Source: Octopus bimaculoides (Eukaryota). From it: a DNA stretch of 48,339 nucleotides. Made by a program: the position numbers and the translations under genes. Shown here in pieces: positions 12,520-26,035 of the stretch. Numbering within the stretch: position 1 is the first letter of the stretch; each line of letters starts with the position of its first letter. The DNA lies in assembly GCF_001194135.2 (NCBI RefSeq), contig NC_068982.1, positions 168,508,384-168,556,722 of the forward strand. Reading direction: 5' to 3'. The notes below the pieces were generated by a model that saw only the letters and a list, made by a program, of their open reading frames with translations, had not been told where the DNA came from and searched no databases.

Positions 12520-12760
12520 TAAATGTGTACTCTTGTTCTACTTTAATGCGTGTCCGTTCGAGTCGAATGAATCACAAAACCATCTTCAATCTCCTTACAA
12601 AACAAATTATCAAACTAACTTTGTAAAACAAGTAAATATTTATGACCGTTTTCTGCAATACATCATCTAAATGACTTTGTAAACAGATAAATATCTCTGT
12701 ACATTGATAAACACATTCATGTAAATGTAGCTTGGATTGATATTGTAAATTAAGATCTCA
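12520..12760 (-). mobile_element. Possible hAT (Buster/Charlie-like) transposase relic
   Basis: Minus-strand frames give LHECVYQ...LQSHLDDVLQKTVINI and NLFCKEIEDGFVIHSTRTDTH*SRTRV, loosely like the HC..HQ / ...VV.IVN / HTEVRWLSRG region. Weak match by eye only. Confidence 0.2.
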
Positions 12761-13063
12761 ATTCTTACCTACTTTACTTTTGTAATTACACAGCTTCAAG
12801 TGCTGTGTAATTTATTGAAATCTTTTAGCCGCAAATTATTATTGAAATCATTTAACCCCTTACAAAAATTTGCAATGTTGATTTAAATGGTAAAAAAAAA
12901 AACTTCCAAATAAATGATTCGCAATGAAAACTGTCATGCATCATGATGACTTTGGGTGGCGGAGTTATGACTAAAATATACAGATTATATTCAACATATA
13001 CAAGTACAAAGAGGAAAAACATCATTGCAGTTATTCGTGTATTGCTCCAGATTTTTCTTACAG

Positions 13064-13086
13064 AGTATCAATGGAAAGCGCGCGAT
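13064..13086 (+). other. Candidate 23-nt exon
   Basis: atttttcttacag|AGTATCAATGGAAAGCGCGCGAT|gtaagc: good acceptor and donor; contains ATG GAA AGC GCG CGA (MESAR). Confidence 0.25.
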
Positions 13087-13239
13087 GTAAGCTTAAACAG
13101 TTAACGAGCTATTTCTAAAACAACAAGCATATCACAAAGTTCACCGTGTGTCTTAATCATGCAAGAAATCGAAAATTTGTCCAACTGTTGACTTCGAACT
13201 CATTATACTAATTTTTGCACACAAGAAAATACGCAAAGC

Positions 13240-13270
<31 letters not shown>

Positions 13271-13320
13271 ATTTCTAATCCAGTTATTGCGTTTCACTGA
13301 ATATATATAAATAAAACCTT

Positions 13321-13557
13321 CGAACAGAGGTCACCAGCGACCGCTGCTGGACTCGGCTGCTCGACAATGATAAGGGGCAACTACTCCGAAACCGATCTGT
13401 GGATACCAAACCAGCAAGGGGAAGATGACCTCCCCTGTTCAAAGGTTTATGGACGCAGATTTGTGCGCAATATAACTAGCTAGTGGCGATCGCCTCTCGG
13501 GGCGGATTCAGCGGCAGCATTTGTCTTATTTCTGTGGACTGCCACGTTAGTTCGGCA
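13321..13557 (-). mobile_element. GC-rich RTE-like LINE 5' leader fragment (diverged)
   Basis: Reverse complement aligns block by block with 25640-25951 (minus) and 48088-48339 (plus): tgcc...gtggc, gcccc, agct(a/g)g, ggggaggtcatc, gctggtgacct. The RTE assignment is from resemblance to recalled RTE 5' UTRs. Confidence 0.55.
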
Positions 13558-13577
13558 ATAAATATTAATATATATAC

Positions 13578-13624
<47 letters not shown>

Positions 13625-13653
13625 CGCACATACATATATGTGTGTATACATAA

Positions 13654-13888
13654 CGGCGGCGAGCTGGCAGAAACGTTAGCACGCCGGGCGAAATGCTTAG
13701 CGGTATTTCGTCTGCCGCTACGTTCTGAGTTCAAATTCCGCCGAGGTCGACTTTGCCTTTCATCCTTTCGGGGTCGATTAAATAAGTACCAGTTACGCAC
13801 TGGGGTCGATATAATCGACTTAATCCGTGTTTGTCTGTCCTTATCTGTCCCCTCTGTGTGTAGCCTCTTGTGTGTAGTAAAGAAATAA
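13654..13888 (+). mobile_element. Meta-like SINE, full-length monomer, young
   Basis: ggcggcgagctggcagaa head, B box gagttcaaattcc, gtcgactttgcctttcatcctttcggggtcgattaaataagtacc central domain, tail ...gtagtaaagaaataa. Confidence 0.92.
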
Positions 13889-13904
13889 CACATACATATA
13901 TGTA

Positions 13905-13935
13905 TATATATATATATATAAGGTTGATAGATAGC

Positions 13936-14023
<88 letters not shown>
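13905..14023. repeat. (TA)n then (GATA)n microsatellite
   Basis: Direct reading. Confidence 0.95.
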
Positions 14024-14024
<1 letters not shown>

Positions 14025-14300
14025 TTGTCCATTTACACGGTATCACTTTGATCCGGTTCAGCTCTCGGTCGACTCTTTCATGTAAAATTATATATGAACA
14101 CCTCTTTCGTCGGTTGTGATTCAGATTTCTTTTTCTTTTTCATTACAGTTTAGTCTCATTTGTACTTCTTCAATTGTAAAGTAAATCACATTCTAAGCTA
14201 ACGGTTAGCTTAAATATAATTTTTAATTGTTTTTGATAATTTATATTGCAAATATGAAGAAAACCAATTTCTCTCAAGATGAAAATTACTTTATGACTGT

Positions 14301-14860
14301 AGACGCAGGCGTGGCCAGGTGCTTAAGAAGCTTGCTTCCTACCCATGTTGCCTCAGGTTTAGTTCCACAGTGTGGTATTTTAGACAGGTGTCTTATAAAG
14401 TATTCCCGAGCCGACCAAGCCATATTTGGTACATGGAAACTAAAAAAAAAAACAGCTCAATATATAGTTGAAATTTACAGGAAAACAAAAGACGGAGACA
14501 GGTGTATAGACAACAAACAGGTGTATTAGTTTGACGCTCGGGAGGGTAAGAAAGTCTTTTATGTTTCGAGCCTACGCTCTTCAACATAAAGGAACACGAT
14601 GAAGTAAACAGGGAGACAATACAATATATATATATATGTCTTTGAGCTTGTGTTTTGTTTGTCTGCACCAAAACTTGACAGCCGGTGTTAGTTTGTTTAC
14701 GTCGCCGTGACTTATTGGTTCGGCAAAAGACATTCTTAGACTAAGTTACCAAGCTTAAAAGAGACGTAGTGGGGTTCGATTTGTTCGACATAAAACATTC
14801 AAGGCGTTCCTCCAGCATGGCTGCAATCCAATGACCGAGAAAAAGTAAAAGGTAAAAGAT
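14301..14860 (+). mobile_element. CORE-like SINE interrupted by an insertion at 14467-14621
   Basis: 5' half (agacgcaggcgtggc...gccgaccaagcc...ggaaact) and 3' half (cttgacagccggtgttagtttgtttacgtc...ggttcggcaaaag...ccagcatggctgc) flank a foreign segment. Confidence 0.8.
14467..14621 (-). mobile_element. Probable Penelope-like terminal fragment with a degenerate minimal-hammerhead-like motif
   Basis: Flanked by caatatata direct repeats (14458-14466 and 14622-14630). Minus strand reads ctttatgttgaagagcgtaggctcgaaacataaaag. Confidence 0.5.
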
Positions 14861-15229
14861 AAAAAATTATATTTAATCACTTGAAAATGGAAAGGGTCCA
14901 AGTGAAACTGTGAAACAGTTTTATTTAGATGAAGTATCTATTTAAAAAAGAAAAACCAAGGAAGCAAGAAAATAGCTACAAAATTAATAACCTTAAAACG
15001 CCTATGATACATAAGCAGTGATATTATCAAGGGATTGAAAAAAAGCACAAAAATTATATCTATAACCTCCATTTCTATAAATAAATTCTTTAAATTTTGT
15101 TTGCGTTATTTTATTATTAATATCATTAAACACGTTTTGCAAGATTTCACTTTCCACGGTGACTCTCGGAATCAATCGAGTGTGTATGCCGAGAGACCAC
15201 GGTATATATATGTGTATGTGTCTGTTTAT

Positions 15230-15287
<58 letters not shown>

Positions 15288-15819
15288 TCAAGCACACACG
15301 CACACCACACATAGAGAGGCTCACACACATATATATATATATACATACACATATATTACACATATATTTGTATGTGTATATATATANNNNNNNNNNNNNN
15401 NNNNNNNNNNNNNNNNNNNNNNNNNNNNNNNNNNNNNNNNNNNNNNNNNNNNNNNNNNNNNNNNNNNNNNNNNNNNNNNNNNNNNNNNNNNNNNNNNNNN
15501 NNNNNNNNNNNNNNNNNNNNNNNNNNNNNNNNNNNNNNNNNNNNNNNNNNNNNNNNNNNNNNNNNNNNNNNNNNNNNNNNNNNNNNNNNNNNNNNNNNNN
15601 NNNNNNNNNNNNNNNNNNNNNNNNNNNNNNNNNNNNNNNNNNNNNNNNNNNNNNNNNNNNNNNNNNNNNNNNNNNNNNNNNNNNNNNNNNNNNNNNNNNN
15701 NNNNGAGTGTATATATGTTTGCATGTTTACATCTGTGTTTGTCTGTTTATAGATAAATAGATACAGATATGTAAGATTTGGTAGATATATGTGTAGGTCT
15801 CTCTATCTATCTAATTTTA

Positions 15820-15882
<63 letters not shown>

Positions 15883-15887
15883 TTGTA

Positions 15888-16769
15888 CGATATGGTATAA
15901 AACGTTCCCGGACTAGTTCTGTAGCGCGCCAACAGATGGCAATGCACGGTTGCGTGCGCAGTGAGAGCTAGCAGTGACTTTCATAAGCTAGTGTGCCGAG
16001 TGAGATTGCTGTGTTTACTTCGCAAGTTGATCGTGTGATCATGTGTATGCTGTAGTCTGCGATTTTTATCATGGACAAGAAGTTGAATCAAAATGTTATG
16101 TGAAGTTTTGCGTTAAATTTGGGAAGTCTACTACAGAGACATTGAGCATGCTTCGGCAAGTTAACGGCGACGATGCAATGGGTTGTATGCAATGTTTCGA
16201 GTGGGACGGGCGCTTCAAAAGCGGTAGAACGTCCGTGGAAGACGATGAGAGATCTAGAAGACTTGCCACGAACGTCACACCCGGAAATGTGTAGAAAGTC
16301 CATTACTTTGTGCATGGGGATCGTGGGAAAACAATCAACGACCTCTTAAAGCGTTCGACGGAGGACATTCGGTGACAGTGACCAGATCTGTGGAGCGTGA
16401 AGAACTGGATTTTTCACGACGACAACGCCCCCTCTCACTGAGCTCTTCTCACTCACGAGTTTCTCGCCAAAAACAACATGGTATCGCTTTTGCACCCTCT
16501 CTGTTCGCCAGATTTAGGACTTCCATCTCTTCCCTCAAGATGAAATGTAGCTCAAAGACCATTGTCGAGATGAAGAACGAATCGCAGCCGATCTTCGACT
16601 CGCTTACGTAAAAATGACTTCCAGGCTGGATTCCAAATGTGAGAGGAGTGTTTGTATTGATATATTGCTGCGCAGGGTGAATATTTCGAAGAAGATGATG
16701 TTAAAACTTAGGTAAATAAGTTATTTTAATAAAAATAGAAAAACATAGCTAGTCCGGAATGCCACCTCG
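15888..16769 (+). mobile_element. Internally deleted mariner DNA transposon with both TIRs and TA target sites
   Basis: TA|CGA...CCGGACTAG at left and CTAGTCCGG...CTCG|TA at right. N-terminal HTH: CYVKFCVKFGKSTTETLSMLRQVNGDDAM...CFEW..RFKSGRTSVEDDERS. C-terminal: WIFHDDNAPSH...EFLAKNNMVSLLHPLCSPDL...IAAQGEYFEEDD. The middle of the catalytic domain is missing. Confidence 0.92.
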
Positions 16770-18059
16770 TATATATGTATGTATACGGTCTTGCATATTT
16801 CAGAAAAAATGTCATTAAAAATGAGAAAACATTCATTGCTCTAACTGTGGAATAGTCTAACGGTAATCTTGTTCACTTGTCCAGGAATGAGTAGTTCAAC
16901 TACATGCTGTGGTACCCTCGGCAAAATAGCAGACCACATATCATAAAACTTGTGAACCACGACAGTCAACGAAAGAAATGGAGTCAGTGGGATTAAATTA
17001 ATATGGTGTAGAGGTGCAGAATTTTGAGAGATTTGATACAGAGAAAAGAAGACGAGACACCTCTAATCTACTGATGTTCTCAATTTTCTTTAATTTCCAC
17101 ATTAACCTGTATCAGAAACAGCTATGATCCTGAGAACATGGCCACCTCGTCTTTTATGATAATGAATATAAGTCTTCAACACTCATTGTCATAAAAGACG
17201 AAATTGTTTGATTTAAGATAGGTTTAGCTGTTATTTGTAGCCAATTGGCAGAATACATACGACTCCTTGGTTAACTTGCAATGTTTATATTTAACGATGA
17301 TTAAGTCGTTTTGATTTATTTTAGCATTCTTTTATTTTGAAGCCAGACGTTTTCTTTAAAATAAAAATGATTAATATCCTTCACATATATATATATATAG
17401 AATGGTATTGAATGCGTGTGGATTTAATTACATAGGGGATTTAATGTTTCTTTCCTATAATCCAATTGAGAAACTTGTTCAGACAGCACAAGATAAATAT
17501 CATGAGAGTGACACAATTTAAAGAGGTTGAGGTCAAGTGTGGTTCTGGCTTTGTACTAGTGTATATACGGCCATTTAGACGTTTCACTTGACTTGCTATG
17601 GCAAATAAGTCTCAGTTGTCATTTAAAGCAGAACTAAAAAGGAAAAAAAAATCGATTGAAAGAATGTATATTGAATTTGCTTATAAAATAGATAATGTTG
17701 AAGTAATGGTCTATAGCTGCAAGGAAATGAAATTAAAACTTGTGAATTTAAATAGAATCTTTGCGATGTTTGATTCAGAACAAAATCTGAAACGTTAGAT
17801 ACCATGAATTCTGAATTAGTCAAAGTATCTAAATATATAACTTGGCCGGAAATATTGGAATAGTATATAAAATTATATAAAGCAGTCACTAGTTTATAGA
17901 ACAATCAAAAAGATTTGATGAAAATCAATCAATGTTTAAGCCGAAATTAAATAACACAGTATTACGAACTAAATTAAAGTTAAGTATTAGATCAACGTAT
18001 GGTTTTGAATTGAATTCAACAATTCCCTGCACAAACATACATGCATAAATATATACATA

Positions 18060-18245
<186 letters not shown>

Positions 18246-18604
18246 GAGAGAGTCAGAGAGAGAATATAACTAAGATTCAGTTGAATTGGGTATTTAAATT
18301 GAGGCACCNNNNNNNNNNNNNNNNNNNNNNNNNNNNNNNNNNNNNNNNNNNNNNNNNNNNNNNNNNNNNNNNNNNNNNNNNNNNNNNNNNNNNNNNNNNN
18401 NNNNNNNNNNNNNNNNNNNNNNNNNNNNNNNNNNNNNNNNNNNNNNNNNNNNNNNNNNNNNNNNNNNNNNNNNNNNNNNNNNNNNNNNNNNNNNNNNNNN
18501 NNNNNNNNNNNNNNNNNNNNNNNNNNNNNNNNNNNNNNNNNNNNNNNNNNNNNNNNNNNNNNNNNNNNNNNNNNNNNATATATATATATATATATATATA
18601 TATA

Positions 18605-18690
18605 CATGCATATATGTGTACAGGACGTCACTAACAGTAAACAACATGAAATACGAAAACAAATGAGTTTAATATGCAAACACTGGAGAA
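18605..18690 (+). repeat. Dispersed repeat, probable Penelope-like terminal family
   Basis: gtacaggacgtc...aacatgaaatacgaaaacaaatgagtt, shared with ~40850-40955 (+), ~44000-44150 (-) and ~44255-44420 (+). Confidence 0.6.
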
Positions 18691-18821
18691 ATATTTTCTT
18701 TGACAAGAGGCAAGATAGAAGAAAGAGATAGGATACGTCCAGTCTTTAGGACAGTCCTGAAAGAAAAGAAAGATGATCACGTGAGGAAAAGAAAGATGGA
18801 CGATGGTATCTTCTTCTACAA

Positions 18822-19049
18822 CAGCGGTTCCCAAAGTGGGTAGTACCGCCTCCTTCTGAAGAAAATGGAGCGATAATGGTGTGACCAAATGGGGCAATTG
18901 TAAAAGAAACACAAAACAAAGGGTTAATTAGGTTAAGATTTATTTATGAAATACTGTTGTTTTGAATTTGCTGCAGAAAATGGTCTATGTCTGTGGTATT
19001 GAGTGGGGGCACTAACAATGTGACCCCAGAACCAGTTTGGGAACGATTG
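18822..19049. mobile_element. hAT (Charlie/Buster-type) MITE, 228 bp
   Basis: TIRs CAGCGGTTCCCAAA and, reversed, CAATCGTTCCCAAA (11/14). 8-bp TSD ttctacaa (18814-18821) / ttctacag (19050-19057). No ORF. Confidence 0.8.
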
Positions 19050-19057
19050 TTCTACAG

Positions 19058-19332
19058 TATTGGAATGACCAAAGCCTTGTAAGCGTATTTGGTAGACGAA
19101 AACTTAAAGAGGAACGTCGTATATATGTATTTGTCTTTGTGTCTGTTTGTACCCCGCCACCGCTTGTCAACCGTTGTTGGTGTGTTTACGTCTCCGTACA
19201 CTAGCGGTTCGGCAAATGAAACTGTTAGCATACGGCTTTAAAAAAATAATTACTGAGGTCGATTCATTCGACTAAAATTCTTCAAGGCGGGTGCCCCAGC
19301 ATGGCCTCAATATAATGACAGAAACAAATAAA
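19058..19332 (+). mobile_element. CORE-like SINE 3' portion
   Basis: gaccaaagccttgtaagcgtatttggtagacgaaaac...ggttcggcaaa...ccccagcatggcc. Confidence 0.8.
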
Positions 19333-19353
19333 AAAAATACCATATATACATAC

Positions 19354-19399
<46 letters not shown>

Positions 19400-19543
19400 C
19401 ATATACATATACATAAAATACAAAAGGGTATTCAAATACCACTTGCTATGAACAGATCTCTCACTCACGGTGTAATGTGATGAATATTTCAGAAATAGCG
19501 TATCATGTGTCGGGTCCAGCTGATGATCTTAAGTATCTTTTAG

Positions 19544-19607
19544 ATACACAAAGCGAAATCTATAGATCCTGGAATATACACATCCTTACTTATGTATTCC
19601 ACGCAAA
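19544..19607 (+). other. Candidate 64-nt exon
   Basis: tatcttttag|ATACAC...CACGCAAA|gtaagc; two frames open (TQSEIYRSWNIHILTYVFHA or IHKAKSIDPGIYTSLLMYSTQ). Polypyrimidine tract is short. Confidence 0.2.
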
Positions 19608-22075
19608 GTAAGCCGTTCTCTGCTATCTTTATCGCATCCAACGTGTGTATTTTTATAGTGAGTAGATTGTGGTTTAGAGCGACAGCTTTGCTCATAACAA
19701 GTGGTATTTCAATACCCTTGTGTATTTTATTTCTATTTTCCCTATACATGTCTAAACTTACTAGCCACTTTATTATTAACATTATTTTAAATAATGTTAG
19801 TGATACGTATTCAATTTTTATATATATTGTATTAGTATTGCAGTCACGAATTCAGATACTCGGATTTGCCAAGCGAGAATAATTACCAGAGTGAAGCAAC
19901 TTATTGCTAACTCTATTATCACTAAAGGACCGTTATGTTTAGTCGGCATATGAAACCGATTTAAGAAGGAACGCGGTAATCGTCAGGATTAACTATACTT
20001 TTAAACTTAATATGTGTGTGTGTGTGTGCGTGCGTGCGTGTGTGAGAGAGAGAGAGAGACACACACACACAGAGGATTGTGTGTACAGAAGAAAAGAGAG
20101 GCGTAGAGAATTTGTGAGAATGAAAAGGCGAAACTGACTGAAGAACGTAAACTAGCTGAGAATCAATGGGATTTTAACATAGTGAGATTTTAATCCACCA
20201 GCAATTTTCTTTTTTTTTTTATTTCACTGATGGAATTGCCTATCCACATCATCTACAACTTTTAACGTCTATAAAAATCAATGATAATATAATGATTTCT
20301 TCCATTAGTAAATTTCATGAAAAGAATTTCGATCGATCCAAATGTATTTTTGGTATTTATTTTTATTAATCTTAGTGATATTACTTAGGAGATAAGTATT
20401 ATTTAAATTTAAAATGTGAAGCACTTAGTCCAATATATTTTTGTATGCAATATTCGTTCATCTAACAGATAGAAGAATATGAAACTGAAACACTACAGAT
20501 CGTCAAGATAGCACAGTGATTATAGATTACATACTAAATTCATCAATAAATTAGGATTTCGAAAATTATCTCACTCTTTTCTTTTTTAATTTCTTCTTCA
20601 ATCCATCAGATAACATCTGGTTTTCTGTGAATGAATGGTAATCTGCTCGAAAATCAAAAGAAATAACGTAAATATATTAAGAACTGTAAATAGATCGACT
20701 GCGTGTTAGAAATAGTATTCCAATTTTATAACGGTACACTCATAGACATGATCTTAAATTGATAGATATTGTAAATTGTATTTGCACCTGTAAATATTAT
20801 ATATAATTCTTTGAGACAATTGTATGCACTCTTTGTCTAAAGGTAACGAAATAATTGATATTTTACCAACGTATGTCATGAATTTTAATATAATGGATAC
20901 ACAAGAAATAAGGTTATTTCAGCCTCAAAGAAATGGTTGATTTTGATGATCGATTGACAACTCTAACAAACAGTTTTTAAAGTATTCTGAAACATCAAAG
21001 CATTATTTCATTCATTTATTATTTAGTATGTCAATTCTTTAATTATGAAGTCCTCTTTGAAGCTATTTCAAAGTCGATGTGTGTTGTATAAATTTATAGT
21101 TACCATTATTTTTTTTCCTTTCGTATTTTAGATGTTATTTATGCTCCCAGCCCCAAACTTATTCACTTCACCCCGACCAATAAACATTGCATACAATTTT
21201 CAGTATGGAATTTGATCGAAATATATATCAATCCAATTGACAGATTTTGTATAATACATTATATTTTCAATCTTTCCATTTTTCCAATAACTTAGATTCA
21301 AGGAAAGTTTTGAGCAATGTTGCAAGTAATTGCATTGCATTAGCTGTCTGAGATAGTTTGTTCTAAGATGCACTTAGATACGAAATAGATGTATTAATTA
21401 TAATCTAACTAAAACGTTATTTTGGAGAAATTTTCTAATAGCAACACATGAATTGGTTATATACTTGATAATTGAACAACTTTAAATATATGTCATTGTG
21501 GTAATTTTTACATTTTTATAGATATTCTGGAAACACTAATTCATATTGGACAGTATAGAAGTAAAATTATATTTTCGCATTTTAAATTGAAAAATGTTAT
21601 CAATGCTCTTAAGTTCGTTTATTTAAAACTCAAAAAAACTATATTCTCAACGCTTTCAGTTTCCAATTTAGAAACAAAATAAATATTATGAGGAAACCAA
21701 TTTAAATATGCAATCTATGTTATTCTTATAGATTTTTAAAACTTGTTAATAATATTTTAAAGACATGCATTTTATAAACATTTTGTTAAACTTTGTTATT
21801 CATATTTGTCAAAGAGTTCATGGCAATGTCACGATGTTTCTTGTATGTATGAAGTGTTTAACATTTTTAATGATTATTTTAATTAAAATAGTTGAGGTTA
21901 TTTCCGTAGCAGTGTGCGTTAATATTTCTATGTCTTCTTTGTTATGTCAGAAGCAAACCAACGTTAAGCTGCTTCTCGGCAGATTATTGCTAGTCTATAT
22001 GATAGTATATTCAAGTTAATATTGATGTAGTTTTTTTTTTTTTAATTCATAAATACTAATTGGTTCAGCAGCTAG

Positions 22076-22079
<4 letters not shown>

Positions 22080-22137
<58 letters not shown>
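22080..22137. repeat. (ATT)n microsatellite
   Basis: Direct reading. Confidence 0.95.
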
Positions 22138-22139
<2 letters not shown>

Positions 22140-22249
22140 TACCATTTTTGCTATTGTTCAATTTAAATTGTCTTAAAGGAAATTTATCTCAAGGTCCTGT
22201 TTAGAACGTAGTAGAGTACAGTATAAATCCCGTCCACCTTCAGATTTCA

Positions 22250-22640
22250 CCCAGCACTATACAACAGTAGCATCATACTTACTACCAGACTTGCGTTAGG
22301 GCTTCTGTAGTGTGTGAATGGAGAATTGTATAAGTTGGAGTTAACAAGAAGGAGTAGAGAGGAACATTTATTTGTAATCACTACCATTGTTTCTGCGTAA
22401 CGTAGTTCTCCAGGTTCGCAGGCATCTGGTTATGTAAGCGTTTCCTTGCATTATAAGATCTTGTTGTGGTTCATCAAGTGATATATAAATATTGTTTCTG
22501 TGTTCCGTAAACTCAAATTTTCGGCTTCGACCGCATCCTTCCTGTCAGAGATGGCTATACGTGGAAGTGGTTACCACTCAGTATATCAAAATGTGTGTTG
22601 TGTTCGAAAGTCTGTTGATGAATCTACTTTAAATGTATAG
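22250..22640 (-). mobile_element. Possible Penelope-like GIY-YIG 3' relic
   Basis: Minus frame GCGRSRKFEFTEHRNNI resembles the GIY-YIG segment TGR.L..RF.EH..NI; downstream agaagccct resembles Penelope terminal motifs. Weak. Confidence 0.25.
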
Positions 22641-23074
22641 ATGGCGTGGGATGATGGTTATGCTATAGATGGTAGCTATTGAGGTTTATATTAAAAGGAG
22701 TGCCGGTCTGTTTCTTTGTACTGCTAATTCATTTTTCATGGTCGGTTACCCTTGAAATTACCTTTGCTTGGCTGTCTTCCATTTTTGGTCTACTTACATA
22801 CACAAGCACACACACACACACACATCCACACACACACACACACACATCCACACACACACACATACACACACAAACACACACACACACACAAANNNNNNNN
22901 NNNNNNNNNNNNNNNNNNNNNNNNNNNNNNNNNNNNNNNNNNNNNNNNNNNNNNNNNNNNNNNNNNNNNNNNNNNNNNNNNNNNNNNNNNNNNNNNNNNN
23001 NNNNNNNNNNNNNNNNNNNNNNNNNNNNNNNNNNNNNNNNNNNNNNNNNNNNNNNNNNNNNNNNNNNNNNATAT

Positions 23075-24035
<961 letters not shown>

Positions 24036-24054
24036 TTTGCAGACTATTTTATAC

Positions 24055-25060
24055 AATAGCGGTTAAATTTGGGTCGATTTTACCTTTTTAGAATGTGCTT
24101 ATATCAGGCCCATATCAGTCACTGTATGCAATATGAATTCAAAAGAGGGTCTTCAGCAATGGAAATTGTTTTGTCTGTAGAAATATAGCTTTAAGTGTTC
24201 GGAGATGCCAAAGATAGTTTCACCAGTTTCGCTTGGGAAATCTTCCTCTCGCAGATTTGTTCTTGATCTAGATGAACAAGTTCTGTCTATAATGACCTTC
24301 CGAAAGCCGTAGTTGAGGAAAATCTGCACGATAATCAGCAAAATAGTTAAATTCAAATATCTATAAAAAAAATATTCATGAACTAGGAAATGTGCCGAAG
24401 CTTGGTGAGTGGGTCCTTCATCATCTGACTGCTTTACAGCCTATTCAACTAGTTGCTCTCTGTTCGTCATTGAAGTGCTGACTTGCTGTCAGATCTTTCC
24501 TGAGTTGAGTCATCGGAAGTCATGACAAGTGGGTTCTCTATAATTATACCCAACGAAAAGGACAAAAACCTAGCAACCAATGTAAACGGAGAATCCATCC
24601 CTAAACCAGGACTGTTCATGAGAAAAGTTATAATCTCTGTGATTTGTAGTATTTAAAAGGAATCGTTTATCATAAAGTAGAGTTAAACCAAACGAAAACA
24701 GCTTATGTTGAAAAATATTGTCATCAGTTAGGAGACTGTCATAAAAATTGACAGAAAAATGTCCGTCATTGGTCAGTCGTGAACGGCGGAAAAGTGTTTC
24801 CCAAAGCACCCAAGAAAAGATTATGGCACTAATAAGGAATTCTTGTTTCATCCTCCTTACTCTCCTGACCTTGATCCATTTTACTGTCATAAATTCAGGT
24901 CATTGGTTCATTAGTTAGATGCAAAACTGTGAAAAGATTAAACAAGATATTGAGCGTTTTTTTGCTTCAAAACCTGAAGGATTTTACGCACAATAGGTCA
25001 ACTATTTAACAAATAGACGGGATTATGTTATCATTACTGAACGGAAATATAATCTTGATA
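24055..25060 (+). mobile_element. Mariner (Mos1/Hsmar-like) transposase pseudogene, near full length
   Basis: With frameshifts and stops: MCLYQAHISHCMQYEFKRGSSA...SVRRCQR*FHQFRLG...AVVEENL...HELGNVPKLGEWVLH...HDKWVLY...LFHPPYSPDLDP...IERFFASKPEGFY. The WVPH-like and YSPDL motifs are present. TIRs not clearly seen. Confidence 0.88.
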
Positions 25061-25464
25061 AAATGTATCAATTAAAACCAAAAAAAAAGCACAAACATTT
25101 GAAATGTGCTAGGCCTTTCAACGTAAGATGTGTGTGTGGGCGCGCACGCGTGTGTAGCAATTGGTGTCAGAGTAATTTATTGAAGATTACGTATGGTAGA
25201 AAATTTATTGCAAGTTATTTACTTTTTTTTAATTGCATTCACTGATGTAGTTTTTGAAGTATTTAGAAATAACTGAGTTAGAGGAAGATATATATACATA
25301 CTGAATAAATCCGTTTAAATTATGAAAGATTTACTGTCTTCAATTTTTTAAAATCTAACTTCAATTTCTTTTTCAGTGGTTGCTTTATCGGTAATAATGT
25401 GATATATCGTCTTAATTATACGCATCACTTTCCTTCGGCTATTGTAGCTTGTCCGATCTCTTGT

Positions 25465-25552
25465 CATCATCATCAGCATCATCATCATCATCATCATCAT
25501 TATCATCATCATCATCATTATTATCAGTAGTAGTAGTAGTAATAGTAGTAGC
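25465..25552. repeat. (CAT)n/(TAG)n trinucleotide tract
   Basis: Direct reading. Reads (GAT)n on the minus strand, 3' of the RTE-like leader. Confidence 0.9.
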
Positions 25553-25951
25553 ACCTAATCGGACACAGAATGTATGTCGTCAGCCAGCTGGAAGAGATGT
25601 CTTCCTGGGGCTATAAACATCAGTAGCACTTACGATTCAGTATTACTACAGAGATTTAATATAGCTTATTTGTCCTTTTTCGAGATCAGCGGCGGTTCGT
25701 CGCTGCAAAAAGCACATAGTATTTTGCGAGTGGGGTGAGTTTTCATCACTAGCTGGTGATTAACACACGCTGGGGTCGGGTAACCACACAGAAAGTCGAG
25801 TGCGGGTGGCTAGGGATGGGAGCGATGACCTCCCCTCGCAAATACTAATCGGACACAGAATGTGTGTCGTTAGCCAGCTGGAAGTGATGCGTTCCTGGGG
25901 CTATAAACGTCAGTAGCACTGTCCCGTATAGGACGCCACACTTGGCTGGCA
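25553..25951 (-). mobile_element. RTE-like LINE 5' leader with a partial tandem duplication
   Basis: 25555-25630 duplicates 25845-25920 (ctaatcggacacagaatg...gccagctggaag...cctggggctataaac.tcagtagcact). Homologous to 13321-13557 and 48088-48339. Confidence 0.65.
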
Positions 25952-25972
25952 GTTATATGTTACGATATATAC

Positions 25973-26007
<35 letters not shown>

Positions 26008-26035
26008 TGTATGTATGTATGTATGTATGTATATC

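Noticed and set aside
12784-12812. Perfect 11-bp hairpin aattacacagc/gctgtgtaatt
   Set aside because: Isolated, with no associated element termini; may be chance in 48 kb of AT-rich DNA.
19540-19882. Bidirectional ORFs, the + one hydrophobic like a membrane protein
   Set aside because: AT-rich sequence yields I/F/L-rich frames by default and there is no recognisable family motif. Only the small internal splice-bounded segment was kept, at low confidence.
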